Shown here: piece by piece, positions 12,383 to 20,669 of the stretch
How positions within the stretch are numbered: position 1 is the first letter of the stretch
Layout: every line of letters begins with the position of its first letter
Origin: Parcubacteria group bacterium GW2011_GWA2_47_26
GTDB lineage: Bacteria > Patescibacteriota > Patescibacteriia > GWA2-47-26
Assembly: GCA_001001705.1 (NCBI GenBank)
Contig: LCOG01000002.1
Span: forward strand, 20,056 to 84,055
Reading direction: 5' to 3'
DNA: 64,000 nucleotides
Translations under genes and position numbers: made by a program
Notes under the pieces: generated by a model
The model's input: only the letters and a program-made list of their open reading frames with translations
The model's database searches: none
Told to the model about the DNA's origin: nothing

Positions 12383-13552
12383 ATGCCGAAGAAAAAAATC
12401 AAAGCCAAAACCAAAGTTAAAAAAATCAAACGCAAAAAAATCGTGCGCCGTCCTAAAGTTGCGCCTCCGTCCGAAGAAGCAGTGAACGCTTTATTTCAAA
12501 AAGGGCGCATGCGCGGATTTTTTACAGAAACGGAATTGATGTACGCCTTTCCCGAAGTGGAAGAGCACTTGGATTTTTACGAAAAATTTTTAGACCGCAT
12601 TGAACAAGCTGGTTTGAATGTTGTTGAAACGCGCGAGTCAATTTTAGGGGCTCGACCGCAATATGAAGAAACCCTTAAAAAAGTTAAATCCGCAAAGGAA
12701 GAAGTAAAAAGTGTAGGCATAGGTGAAATCTCTGCGGATTCAGTGCAAATTTATTTGCGTGAGATTGGTAAGATTCCTCTTTTAACTCCGGAGGAAGAAG
12801 TGGCTTTGGCTAAGCGCAAGGAAAGGAATGACAAAGAAGCGGAGAAACGTTTGATTGAGGCAAACTTGCGGCTCGTGGTTTCTATTGCCAAAAAATTCGT
12901 GGGCAAGAGTCTTTCGCTTTTGGATCTTATCCAAGAGGGCAATATCGGGCTTTTCCGCGCTGTAAAAAAATTTGAATATCGCAAAGGGTACAAATTTTCC
13001 ACTTACGCGACATGGTGGATTAGGCAGGCCATCACCCGCGCCATTGCTGATCAGTCGCGCACTATCCGTATTCCCGTGCACATGGTTGAGACCATTAATC
13101 GGTTTCAAACGGTGGAGCGCCGGCTCATTCAAGATTTAGGACGTGAACCATTGCCTGAAGAGATTGCCGCGGAAATGGGCGAGTCGGTTGAGAAAATCAA
13201 TTATATTATCAAGATCGCCCAAGATACGGTCTCGCTAGAAACTTCCGTTGGTGAAGATGAAGAGGATTCTACGCTCATGGATTTCATCGAGGATATCCGC
13301 AGTATTCCGCCCGATCGTGCCGCGGCCCAGCAACTTTTGCGTGAATATGTGCGGGAATCTATAAAGGATCTTAGCCCGCGCGAGCAAAAAATTCTGGAAA
13401 TGCGTTTTGGGCTTGTAGATGGCATTACTCATACTCTTGAAGAAGTGGGGCGAGAATTTGACGTTACCCGCGAGCGCATTCGGCAGATTGAAGCAAAGGC
13501 CCTGGACAAAATTCGCGCCCAGGCTACTATTGAAAAATTGCGGGACTATTGA
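12383..13552 (+). CDS. rpoD: RNA polymerase sigma-70 factor RpoD
   Basis: Regions 1.2-4.2; [28 protein letters not shown] region 2.4/3.0. Confidence 0.9.
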   Translation: MPKKKIKAKTKVKKIKRKKIVRRPKVAPPSEEAVNALFQKGRMRGFFTETELMYAFPEVEEHLDFYEKFLDRIEQAGLNVVETRESILGARPQYEETLKKVKSAKEEVKSVGIGEISADSVQIYLREIGKIPLLTPEEEVALAKRKERNDKEAEKRLIEANLRLVVSIAKKFVGKSLSLLDLIQEGNIGLFRAVKKFEYRKGYKFSTYATWWIRQAITRAIADQSRTIRIPVHMVETINRFQTVERRLIQDLGREPLPEEIAAEMGESVEKINYIIKIAQDTVSLETSVGEDEEDSTLMDFIEDIRSIPPDRAAAQQLLREYVRESIKDLSPREQKILEMRFGLVDGITHTLEEVGREFDVTRERIRQIEAKALDKIRAQATIEKLRDY

Positions 13553-13574
13553 TATTATAATTTCTCCGACAGAG

Positions 13575-13646
13575 CTCCGAGGTGGCGCAGCGGTAGCGCA
13601 GGGGACTGTTAATCCCTTGGTCGTGGGTTCGAATCCCACCCTCGGA
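13575..13646 (+). tRNA. tRNA-Asn (GTT)
   Basis: Cloverleaf: acceptor TCCGAGG/CCTCGGA, anticodon loop CTGTTAA, T-arm GTGGGTTCGAATCCCAC; no encoded CCA. Confidence 0.8.
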
Positions 13647-13662
13647 GCTCTGTCGGAATACT

Positions 13663-14217
13663 ATGACTATTACAATGCATCAGTTAGAAAGACTGTTTCT
13701 TTATGTTGGTTTATTTTTTTTAATTACGCCCACATACGCGCAATCTCCAACCGTCTCCATTATTTCTCCAGCTCCTGGCGAGGTTGTTTATGGCGATAGT
13801 ATCACGGCGAATGTAAGGATGCCGGATAATTTTATATTGGGGCAAGATGGTTATTTGTATTTTTGGCTTGATGCGCCGCTTGAGCGCGACAGCTCCAATG
13901 CCGTGATTGTTCCAGAGGCACAACATACTTTTGCGCAAGTTACTTCGGGCTTGCATACGCTTTGGGTTGAGCTTGTAAATCAAAACTATGCTTCTCTTTC
14001 TCCCAAAGTTGAAGCAATGGTGGAGTTTGAAACTGTGGTAGAGGGGCTTGCTGGTCCAGGCGGCGGTCCCGGGCCAGTCCCGCCCCAAACAAGTGGCGGT
14101 TTTTTATCAGTCTCTAGCAATACCGTGGCCGTAATTATTTTGATAGGGGTTGCGATTGTAGTTTTATGGTATTTGTTTGGGCGACATAAAAAGGTGTCGC
14201 CTACTAAGAAAACTTGA
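13663..14217 (+). CDS. Hypothetical cell-surface protein (signal peptide, Pro/Gly linker, C-terminal TM anchor with basic tail)
   Basis: N-terminal signal LFLYVGLFFLITPTYAQS; C-terminal GPGGGPGPVPPQTSGG + TM + GRHKK. Confidence 0.5.
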   Translation: MTITMHQLERLFLYVGLFFLITPTYAQSPTVSIISPAPGEVVYGDSITANVRMPDNFILGQDGYLYFWLDAPLERDSSNAVIVPEAQHTFAQVTSGLHTLWVELVNQNYASLSPKVEAMVEFETVVEGLAGPGGGPGPVPPQTSGGFLSVSSNTVAVIILIGVAIVVLWYLFGRHKKVSPTKKT

Positions 14218-16340
14218 GCGCAGAAGTATTGTGCATGGCAATTAATTATCAACGCGAACTAAACGCCGAGCAGTTGCGTGTAGTCAATGACGGAAACGGT
14301 CCTTGTTTAGTTTTAGCCGGAGCTGGAACAGGCAAGACGCGGACCATTGTGTACCGCGTTGCTTATTTATTGGAACAAGGCATTGATCCGGGCAAGATTT
14401 TGTTGGTTACTTTTACCAATAAAGCCAGCCGCGAGATGTTAAGAAGAGTGGAAATTTTGCTTGGCCACACGCCCGAAGGTCTTTGGGGCGGAACTTTTCA
14501 TCATGTGGGCCATGCAATTTTGCGCCGTTATGGATCGCGCATCGGACTCGCGTCCGGTTTTACTATTTTAGATCAGGATGACAGCATGGAATTGCTAAAA
14601 TCAACTATGGCAGAGCAGGGCCTGTCCACTAAAAAAGATGATAAATCTTTTCTAAAACCCGAAGTATTAGATAACTTAATTAGCTTTTCTGTAAATAGCG
14701 CGCGCGCATTGCCAGAGCTTGTTGAGGAATGGATACCTAAACATGCACATCTAACGCCGGAAATTTTACGCCTCGCAAGCGCCTACGAGCAAAAAAAGCG
14801 CGAACGTAATGTTGTAAGTTTTGATGATTTGCTTTATTTCTGGCTATGCCTTTTGCGTGAGAGGCCCGAGGTGCGCGAGAGTCTAGGCGGTAAGTTTGAT
14901 TATATATTGATTGATGAATATCAGGATACAAATCGTTTGCAAGGTATGATCGTTGAAGAACTTGCTCGTCAAAGTGAAGGCGGTGGGGCTTGTGGTAAAA
15001 ACGTTCTTGTGGTTGGCGATGATGCCCAATCAATCTACGCCTTCCGTGCCGCGACCGTTGAAAATATTATGCGTTTTCCCGAGGTATTTCCCGGCGCAAA
15101 AATTTTCCGTCTTGAACAGAATTATCGCTCTACGCAAGCAATTCTTGATCTGGCGAACGCATGCATCGCTTGCAATCGCCGGCAATTTGAAAAGGAACTT
15201 AAAAGTGCTTGTCATCCTGAGCGAAGCGAAGGATCCCGGCCTAATCGAGAATCACGGGATTCTTCGGCCTCTGGCCTCAGAATGACAGACTATGAGGGCA
15301 CTAGGCCGGAGCTTATTGGGTGCGCTGACGCTACCCAAGAGGCTAGATTTATTGCGGGCAAGGTTTTGGAGTTTCACGACGAAGGCGAATCTCTCCTTGC
15401 AAGCGCTGTACTCTTCCGTGCGGCCTATCAAGCCATGCAGCTTGAACTAGAACTTCAAAAGCGAGGGGTGCCCTATGTTGTTCGGGGCGGTATTCGTTTT
15501 TTTGAACAAGCGCATATCAAAGACGTGGTGGCGTATCTAAAAGTGGTAGCGAATCCAACTGACGAGATTGCTTGGCAGCGTGTGCTAAAAATGGAAGAGG
15601 GAATTGGTGCAAAAACTGCCGCGGTGCTTGCGCAACGCATGATTCATAACTCCCCCCAACCCTCTCTTACCTTAAGAGGTGGTGATATAGTGAATATTCC
15701 TACCCAAAGAGCGCGGGGAAGTGAGGAGGGGTTACAAAAAGTTCTTGCCCGTATTGAAAAATTAAAATCTTTAGATAAGGTCTATAGAATGATTGATTAT
15801 TTATTAGAAGCATTTTACGAAAATTATGCCGAAGCAGTTTTTGAAAACGCGCGAGAGCGGCTTGAAGATTTAAGACAACTCGCGCTTTTTGCCAAAGAGT
15901 ACCAAGAGCTAGAACAATTTTTAGCTGATGCAACCCTTTCAGAAGGCTTTCGCGGGGAAAGAAAAGGGAACGTTTCTAATTTTGTCGAGCAAAATTTAGA
16001 GACGCTCCCTTTTCTTAATGAAGATCAAGAGCATCTAGTGCTCTCTACGATTCATCAAGCTAAAGGCTTGGAGTGGAAAAATGTTTTTGTGGTGGGTCTG
16101 ATTGATGGTCAATTTCCGCATTACAAATCTCACGGTAGCCGCGCAGAGCTCGAAGAAGAACGGCGTCTTTTTTATGTGGCAGTGACGCGCGCCAAAGAGC
16201 AGCTCTTTCTAACCTATCCCGTAACCAGTATGGGCTCGCTTGGCACAGCCGTGCACCAGCCGTCTTTATTTGTCCGCGAACTCAACCCGCATTTGTTTAA
16301 GACCATGCTGGATGACGAAGAAGTCGTCGTTGAAATATAA
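14214..16340 (+). CDS. uvrD: ATP-dependent DNA helicase UvrD/PcrA family (in-frame family A, E and F elements)
   Basis: Walker A AGAGTGKT, helicase motifs through VTRAKEQLFL. Confidence 0.9.
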   Translation: MSAEVLCMAINYQRELNAEQLRVVNDGNGPCLVLAGAGTGKTRTIVYRVAYLLEQGIDPGKILLVTFTNKASREMLRRVEILLGHTPEGLWGGTFHHVGHAILRRYGSRIGLASGFTILDQDDSMELLKSTMAEQGLSTKKDDKSFLKPEVLDNLISFSVNSARALPELVEEWIPKHAHLTPEILRLASAYEQKKRERNVVSFDDLLYFWLCLLRERPEVRESLGGKFDYILIDEYQDTNRLQGMIVEELARQSEGGGACGKNVLVVGDDAQSIYAFRAATVENIMRFPEVFPGAKIFRLEQNYRSTQAILDLANACIACNRRQFEKELKSACHPERSEGSRPNRESRDSSASGLRMTDYEGTRPELIGCADATQEARFIAGKVLEFHDEGESLLASAVLFRAAYQAMQLELELQKRGVPYVVRGGIRFFEQAHIKDVVAYLKVVANPTDEIAWQRVLKMEEGIGAKTAAVLAQRMIHNSPQPSLTLRGGDIVNIPTQRARGSEEGLQKVLARIEKLKSLDKVYRMIDYLLEAFYENYAEAVFENARERLEDLRQLALFAKEYQELEQFLADATLSEGFRGERKGNVSNFVEQNLETLPFLNEDQEHLVLSTIHQAKGLEWKNVFVVGLIDGQFPHYKSHGSRAELEEERRLFYVAVTRAKEQLFLTYPVTSMGSLGTAVHQPSLFVRELNPHLFKTMLDDEEVVVEI
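15211..15287. repeat. Family A element within uvrD (encodes HPERSEGS...)
   Basis: GTCATCCTGAGCGAAGCGAAGGATCCC...GGGATTCTTCGGCCTCTGGCCTCAGAATGAC. Confidence 0.8.
15647..15692. repeat. Family E single unit within uvrD
   Basis: CATAACTCCCCCCAACCCTCTCTTACCTTAAGAGGTGGTGATATAGTG. Confidence 0.6.
15958..16016. repeat. Family F element within uvrD
   Basis: GGAAAGAAAAGGGAACGTTTCTAATTTTGTCGAGCAAAATTTAGAGACGCTCCCTTTTCT. Confidence 0.75.
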
Positions 16341-16402
16341 TGACAAGAAAATAGAGTAAACCATCGCCTCGCTTTCCTTTGATGTTTTTGACGTTAAAGA
16401 AA

Positions 16403-16440
16403 ATTATCACTTTTCATGCGGCCGCATGAAAAGTGATAAT
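16403..16440. promoter_or_regulatory. 38-bp perfect palindrome ATTATCACTTTTCATGCGGCCGCATGAAAAGTGATAAT, candidate operator for the downstream ArsR-family regulator
   Basis: Perfect dyad symmetry, 75 bp upstream of the ArsR-type gene, no T-run after it. Confidence 0.5.
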
Positions 16441-16515
16441 CATACTCAAGGTGGAGTATAGTATTTGACAAGTTTTACCGCCGCCGTTAATATAGATATA
16501 TAGACGCAAATCTAT

Positions 16516-16794
16516 ATGTTACGGAAAAAGAAGCAGTGTGTTAATTGCTTTAATGTGCTGGGCGATCCGACGCGGGCGCGGATATTGGAGGCCATTAAGC
16601 GTCGACCCTTGAATGTGCGCTCTATTTGCGCCTTATTTGATTTGCGCCAGCCAACAATTACCCATCACCTCCAGACCCTGTACGCCGCCGGCTTAATTAC
16701 CCGGCAAAAACACGGTCGAGAAGTTGAATATAGTTTTAATAAAGATTATCCCTGCGGCAAATGCAATATCTTTGCCATCCCATTGCAGTTTTAA
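16516..16794 (+). CDS. ArsR/SmtB-family HTH transcriptional regulator
   Basis: LGDPTRARILEAI...ICALFDLRQPTITHHLQTLYAAGLI winged-helix signature. Confidence 0.75.
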   Translation: MLRKKKQCVNCFNVLGDPTRARILEAIKRRPLNVRSICALFDLRQPTITHHLQTLYAAGLITRQKHGREVEYSFNKDYPCGKCNIFAIPLQF

Positions 16795-16803
16795 AGGTAT
16801 TCG

Positions 16804-16923
16804 TCCCGTTAGAAGCCGCGGTCGCGATACATTGGAGAGCTAAATATTATGCAAAAGGTCTATATTATAACAACAAACATTAACCAGCAGATCGGGAAGA
16901 CCGCGACCTGCTTCTAACGGGAT
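16804..16923. repeat. Family B element between the ArsR-family gene and nifS, ending on nifS ATG
   Basis: TCCCGTTAGAAGCCGCGGTCGCG ... GAAGACCGCGACCTGCTTCTAACGGGAT|G. Confidence 0.8.
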
Positions 16924-18331
16924 GAACGAGAAACGCACAGTATATCTTGATCATGCCGCGGCCACACCTCTTGATCCGCAAGTTAAAGAGGCTATGTTGC
17001 CATATCTGGGCGAACAATATGGCAACCCCTCGGCAATCTATGCGCCGGGGCGCATTGCTCGAGAAGCTTTGGATAATGCGCGCGAGACAGTAGCACAGGC
17101 TTTAAATTGCACCGCCGCCGAAATTATGTTTACCGGTAGCGGCACCGAGTCTGCTAATCTGGCCATTTTCGGCGTCGCACGAGGGTATCGTCGTGACCAA
17201 GTCACTGCCGCAGGCGCAACCCGTGACTTGGTCACAAAAGGCCACATCATCACCACCAACATTGAACATCATGCTGTTTTAAATTCCTGCAAAGCCCTTC
17301 AAAACGACGGTTTTGAAGTTACTTATTTGAAAGTAGATCATGACGGGCTTGTAACAGCCGAGCAATTTAAAGCCGCTATTCGGCCGGACACGATTTTAAT
17401 TTCCATCATGTACGCCAATAACGAGATTGGCACAATTGAGCCGATACATGAACTCACGCGCGCAATGCAAGAGCGCAAAAAAGAACTCGGACGCAAGCCA
17501 AATGACCCCCCATTTTTTCATACTGATGCCTGTCAGGCCGCGGGATATTTAGATATTGATGTGAAGAGCCTCGGGGTGGACCCCGTTAGAGGCAGGTCGC
17601 CCCAAGGTGACCGTAGCACTGCCTCTAGCGGGGTGGCCTCTAGCGGGGTGGATTTAATGACAATCAATGGAAGCAAGATTTATGGGCCCAAAGGCACTGG
17701 TGCTCTTTTTGTGCGCCGTGGCTTGAAACTGCAACCGCTAATTTATGGGGGCGGACAAGAAATGAAATTGCGCTCTGGAACAGAGAATGTGGCTGGTATT
17801 GTGGGGTTGGCCACGGCGCTTAAAATTGCGACGCAACTACGCGATAAAGAGGGGCAGCGCTTAATTGCACTGCGTGATCAACTGCTTACTGGCATTATGG
17901 ATCGCATTCCAAAGGTGGTATTAAATGGACACGCCACCAAACGTTTGCCGAACAATGTTGATGTGTCAATTTTAGACATTGAAGGCGAAGCCATGCTTTT
18001 GTATCTGGATGAGCATGGTATATATGTATCAACCGGCAGCGCTTGTGATTCCCAAGCTCTGGATCCCTCGCATGTGATTTTGGCTCTAGGCAAGCCCTAT
18101 GAATTCGCGCACGGCAGTATCCGGTTTACTTTGGGGCGCGCGACTAGCGCAGCAGATATTGATTATGTATTGGATGTCCTGTCGCAGATTGTAAGCACCC
18201 TGCGCAAAATATCGCCGGTGCGCATAGATGTGAATGCAACCGGTATAACTGCTAAGACCGCGTTTGTTGGGGACGGTCTGCCGCATTTCGTAAAACAGCA
18301 GAGTAATAGAGGAAAAAAGGACCGCCTCTAA
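16922..18331 (+). CDS. nifS: Cysteine desulfurase NifS/IscS (class V aminotransferase) with in-frame family D and C elements; stop codon lies inside a family F element
   Basis: PLP-binding region, TGSGTESANLAI, active-site Cys loop STGSACDS. Confidence 0.9.
   Translation: MNEKRTVYLDHAAATPLDPQVKEAMLPYLGEQYGNPSAIYAPGRIAREALDNARETVAQALNCTAAEIMFTGSGTESANLAIFGVARGYRRDQVTAAGATRDLVTKGHIITTNIEHHAVLNSCKALQNDGFEVTYLKVDHDGLVTAEQFKAAIRPDTILISIMYANNEIGTIEPIHELTRAMQERKKELGRKPNDPPFFHTDACQAAGYLDIDVKSLGVDPVRGRSPQGDRSTASSGVASSGVDLMTINGSKIYGPKGTGALFVRRGLKLQPLIYGGGQEMKLRSGTENVAGIVGLATALKIATQLRDKEGQRLIALRDQLLTGIMDRIPKVVLNGHATKRLPNNVDVSILDIEGEAMLLYLDEHGIYVSTGSACDSQALDPSHVILALGKPYEFAHGSIRFTLGRATSAADIDYVLDVLSQIVSTLRKISPVRIDVNATGITAKTAFVGDGLPHFVKQQSNRGKKDRL
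17192..17235. repeat. Family D element (GTGACCAAGTCAC doublet) within nifS
   Basis: GTGACCAAGTCACTGCCGCAGGCGCAACCCGTGACTTGGTCAC. Confidence 0.8.
17575..17657. repeat. Family C element within nifS (encodes VDPVRGRSPQGDRSTASSGVA)
   Basis: GTGGACCCCGTTAGAGGCAGGTCGCCCCAAGGTGACCGTAGCACTGCCTCTAGCGGGGTGGCC with duplicated terminal arm. Confidence 0.8.
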
Positions 18332-18369
18332 TTTTGCAGAGCAAAATTTAGAAGTGGTCCCTTTTTCCT
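18313..18369. repeat. Family F element containing the nifS stop codon and the iscU ORF 5' end
   Basis: GAAAAAAGGACCGCCTCTAATTTTGCAGAGCAAAATTTAGAAGTGGTCCCTTTTTCC. Confidence 0.8.
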
Positions 18370-19058
18370 TGAATCTGCCTAATCTGTTTATGATTATCAC
18401 ACCATCCGACCTCAAAACCTCTGATGTAGTGCATCCCACGACTGGCCAAAAGTGGGTCTATTCCGATGTTGCACGCGATCACTTTTTTAATCCGCGCAAT
18501 CTAATGCTCAAAGATCCTAAAGACGGCGAATATGACGCCGTGGGCGTAGTTGGGAGTCCGGCCTGCGGTGATGTCATGACCATGTGGCTTAAAATTGACA
18601 AAGCAGACGAGCGCATCTACAAGTTGAAATGGCGGACATTTGGCTGCGGCAGTGCGATTGCGGCAACTTCCATGTTTTCCGCCATGGTTATGGAAAATGG
18701 AGGCAGGACAATTGACGAAGCGCTTAAAATCACTCCTCAAGATATAACCGAGCGTCTTGGCGGTTTACCCGGCCGCAAAATTCATTGTTCTGTGTTGGCG
18801 GATAAGGCCTTTCGAAAAGCTATCAACAATTATTTTCGTACAACTCACCAACATCAGCGCATTGTTGTGGAGGGCGCAAAGGTGATTGATACGGTATTGA
18901 ATATAACTGACCGCGATATTGAAGAGGCTGTGCTTGAAGGCGCGACTACCCTTGAGGAAGTGCAAAATAAACTCAAGGTTGGCGTGGGCTCGCCAGAGTC
19001 AATCCCGGAGCTTGAGCAGTTAATAAGATTTTATAGCGAAAAATATTATGACGGATAG
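18354..19058 (+). CDS. iscU: IscU/NifU-type Fe-S cluster scaffold with C-terminal extension (start uncertain, possibly 18390)
   Basis: YSDVARDHFFNPRN, three conserved Cys (GSPACGD, FGCGSAIA, HCSVLA). Confidence 0.8.
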   Translation: MVPFSLNLPNLFMIITPSDLKTSDVVHPTTGQKWVYSDVARDHFFNPRNLMLKDPKDGEYDAVGVVGSPACGDVMTMWLKIDKADERIYKLKWRTFGCGSAIAATSMFSAMVMENGGRTIDEALKITPQDITERLGGLPGRKIHCSVLADKAFRKAINNYFRTTHQHQRIVVEGAKVIDTVLNITDRDIEEAVLEGATTLEEVQNKLKVGVGSPESIPELEQLIRFYSEKYYDG

Positions 19059-19096
19059 AGAAGAAAAATAATCAATAACTCAATAACTTCAACAAT

Positions 19097-19612
19097 ATGT
19101 TACAAGTCGGAAGAAAAGCCCCAGACTTTACTGCCGAAGCTCTAGTGGGCAAAGAATTTAAAACAATTAATTTAAGCGACTACAAAGGCAAGTGGATAGT
19201 TTTATTTTTCTATCCGCTGGATTTTACTTTCATCTGCCCAACCGAGATTCGTGAGTTCTCCAAAAGGCACGATGAATTTGTAAAACTCAATGGCCAGGTT
19301 ATCGGCGCTTCAACCGATAGCGTATACTCGCACTTGGCTTGGACAAAAGAGCTGGGCGAGCTTAATTATCCCTTGCTCTCCGATAACACCCATGAGATCA
19401 GCCGCAATTACGGGATTCTTCTTGAAGATAAAGGAGTTGCCTTGCGTGGAACATTTATTATTGATCCGGAAGGAGTATTGCGCTATCAATTGGTTCACGA
19501 TCTTTCTGTTGGCCGCAGCGTTTCCGAAACTCTGCGCGTATTGCAAGCTTTGCAAACCGGTGAGCTTTGCGGCATTGAATGGAAACCCGGCGAGCAAACG
19601 CTTGGGAAATAA
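19097..19612 (+). CDS. Peroxiredoxin (AhpC/TSA family)
   Basis: FYPLDFTFICPTEI peroxidatic Cys motif. Confidence 0.9.
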   Translation: MLQVGRKAPDFTAEALVGKEFKTINLSDYKGKWIVLFFYPLDFTFICPTEIREFSKRHDEFVKLNGQVIGASTDSVYSHLAWTKELGELNYPLLSDNTHEISRNYGILLEDKGVALRGTFIIDPEGVLRYQLVHDLSVGRSVSETLRVLQALQTGELCGIEWKPGEQTLGK

Positions 19613-19633
19613 CACGGCAACAGTCCCAAAATT

Positions 19634-20605
19634 ATGACAATAGGGGAGGCTTTGAAGTGGGGCATAAAAAAACTCACTGGCTCTGGGGTGGACCCCGTTA
19701 GAGGCAGGTCGCCTCAAGGTGACCGTAGCACCGCCTTTGGCGGGGCGGCCTCTAACGGGGTAGATTCTCCTGCGCTGGATGCGGAGGTTATTTTAGCGCA
19801 TGTGCTCGGTGTTCCCCGCGCCGAGCTCTATATCCACCCCTTGACCACTCTACTACCGGCAGAAGCGGCGACATATAAAATTTTGATCAAGCGGCGTTTT
19901 AAGCGCGAGCCCGTCGCCTATATTACGGGTCATAAAGAATTTTACGGCATGGATTTCATCGTGGACAAATCTACGCTTATTCCTCGACCGGAAACCGAAA
20001 TGCTCGTGGAGGAAGCGCTAAAGGCGGTTAAGGCTAGGAACACAAAGACATTGTGTGTTGTTGATGTTGGCACTGGTTCGGGTTGTATTATTGTATCCTT
20101 AACTAAAATATTAAACCAAATAAGCCGCCACAAGACCTTGCATTTTTTTGCCACAGAGATCTCACCGCAAGCTCTTAAAATAGCCAAGCTCAACGCCAAA
20201 CGCCATAGTCTTGCTGATAAAATAGTTTTTAGAAAAGGCTATTTGCTCAAACCGATCTTATCCAATCTAGAAAAAACGGTACCGCAATCAAGATTATTGA
20301 TTACGGCAAACTTGCCCTATTTGCCTACAGCCGAGTGGCGGCGCGCCATGGAAGACGTGCATTATGAACCGCGCCAAGCTCTGGATGGCGGTAAAGACGG
20401 ACTAGAATACTACCGGCATTTGTTTGAGCAATTAAAATCCTGGCGCGGCATTAAAAAATTTGCTAACGTGGCCGTGCTCGCTGAAATTGATCCGCATCAG
20501 GTTAATGAATTTACAACTCTGATAAAATCATTTTTCTCGCGAGCCAGTTTATCAATCAAAAAAGATCTGGCCAGCCTTGATCGAGTTGCGATCGCGGTAC
20601 TATGA
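19634..20605 (+). CDS. prmC: Release-factor glutamine methyltransferase PrmC/HemK (in-frame family C element)
   Basis: VVDVGTGSGCI SAM motif, NLPYLP (NPPY-type) motif. Confidence 0.8.
   Translation: MTIGEALKWGIKKLTGSGVDPVRGRSPQGDRSTAFGGAASNGVDSPALDAEVILAHVLGVPRAELYIHPLTTLLPAEAATYKILIKRRFKREPVAYITGHKEFYGMDFIVDKSTLIPRPETEMLVEEALKAVKARNTKTLCVVDVGTGSGCIIVSLTKILNQISRHKTLHFFATEISPQALKIAKLNAKRHSLADKIVFRKGYLLKPILSNLEKTVPQSRLLITANLPYLPTAEWRRAMEDVHYEPRQALDGGKDGLEYYRHLFEQLKSWRGIKKFANVAVLAEIDPHQVNEFTTLIKSFFSRASLSIKKDLASLDRVAIAVL
19687..19762. repeat. Family C element within prmC
   Basis: GGTGGACCCCGTTAGAGGCAGGTCGCCTCAAGGTGACCGTAGCACCGCCTTTGGCGGGGCGGCCTCTAACGGGGTAGA. Confidence 0.8.
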
Positions 20606-20669
20606 GAGCCAAGAGGCTCTTTTTGTTGTGGATATTTGCAGTGGTGTGCTATACTGTAGATAAACAAAT

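Noticed and set aside
15211-15287. HPERSEGS / SNFAKQNLEVVPF / RDLVTAAGATRD peptides as mini-inteins or shared protein domains
   Set aside because: They are far too short for inteins (no splicing blocks). The underlying DNA is palindromic and near-identical at nucleotide level in unrelated genes, which indicates DNA repeats rather than protein homology.
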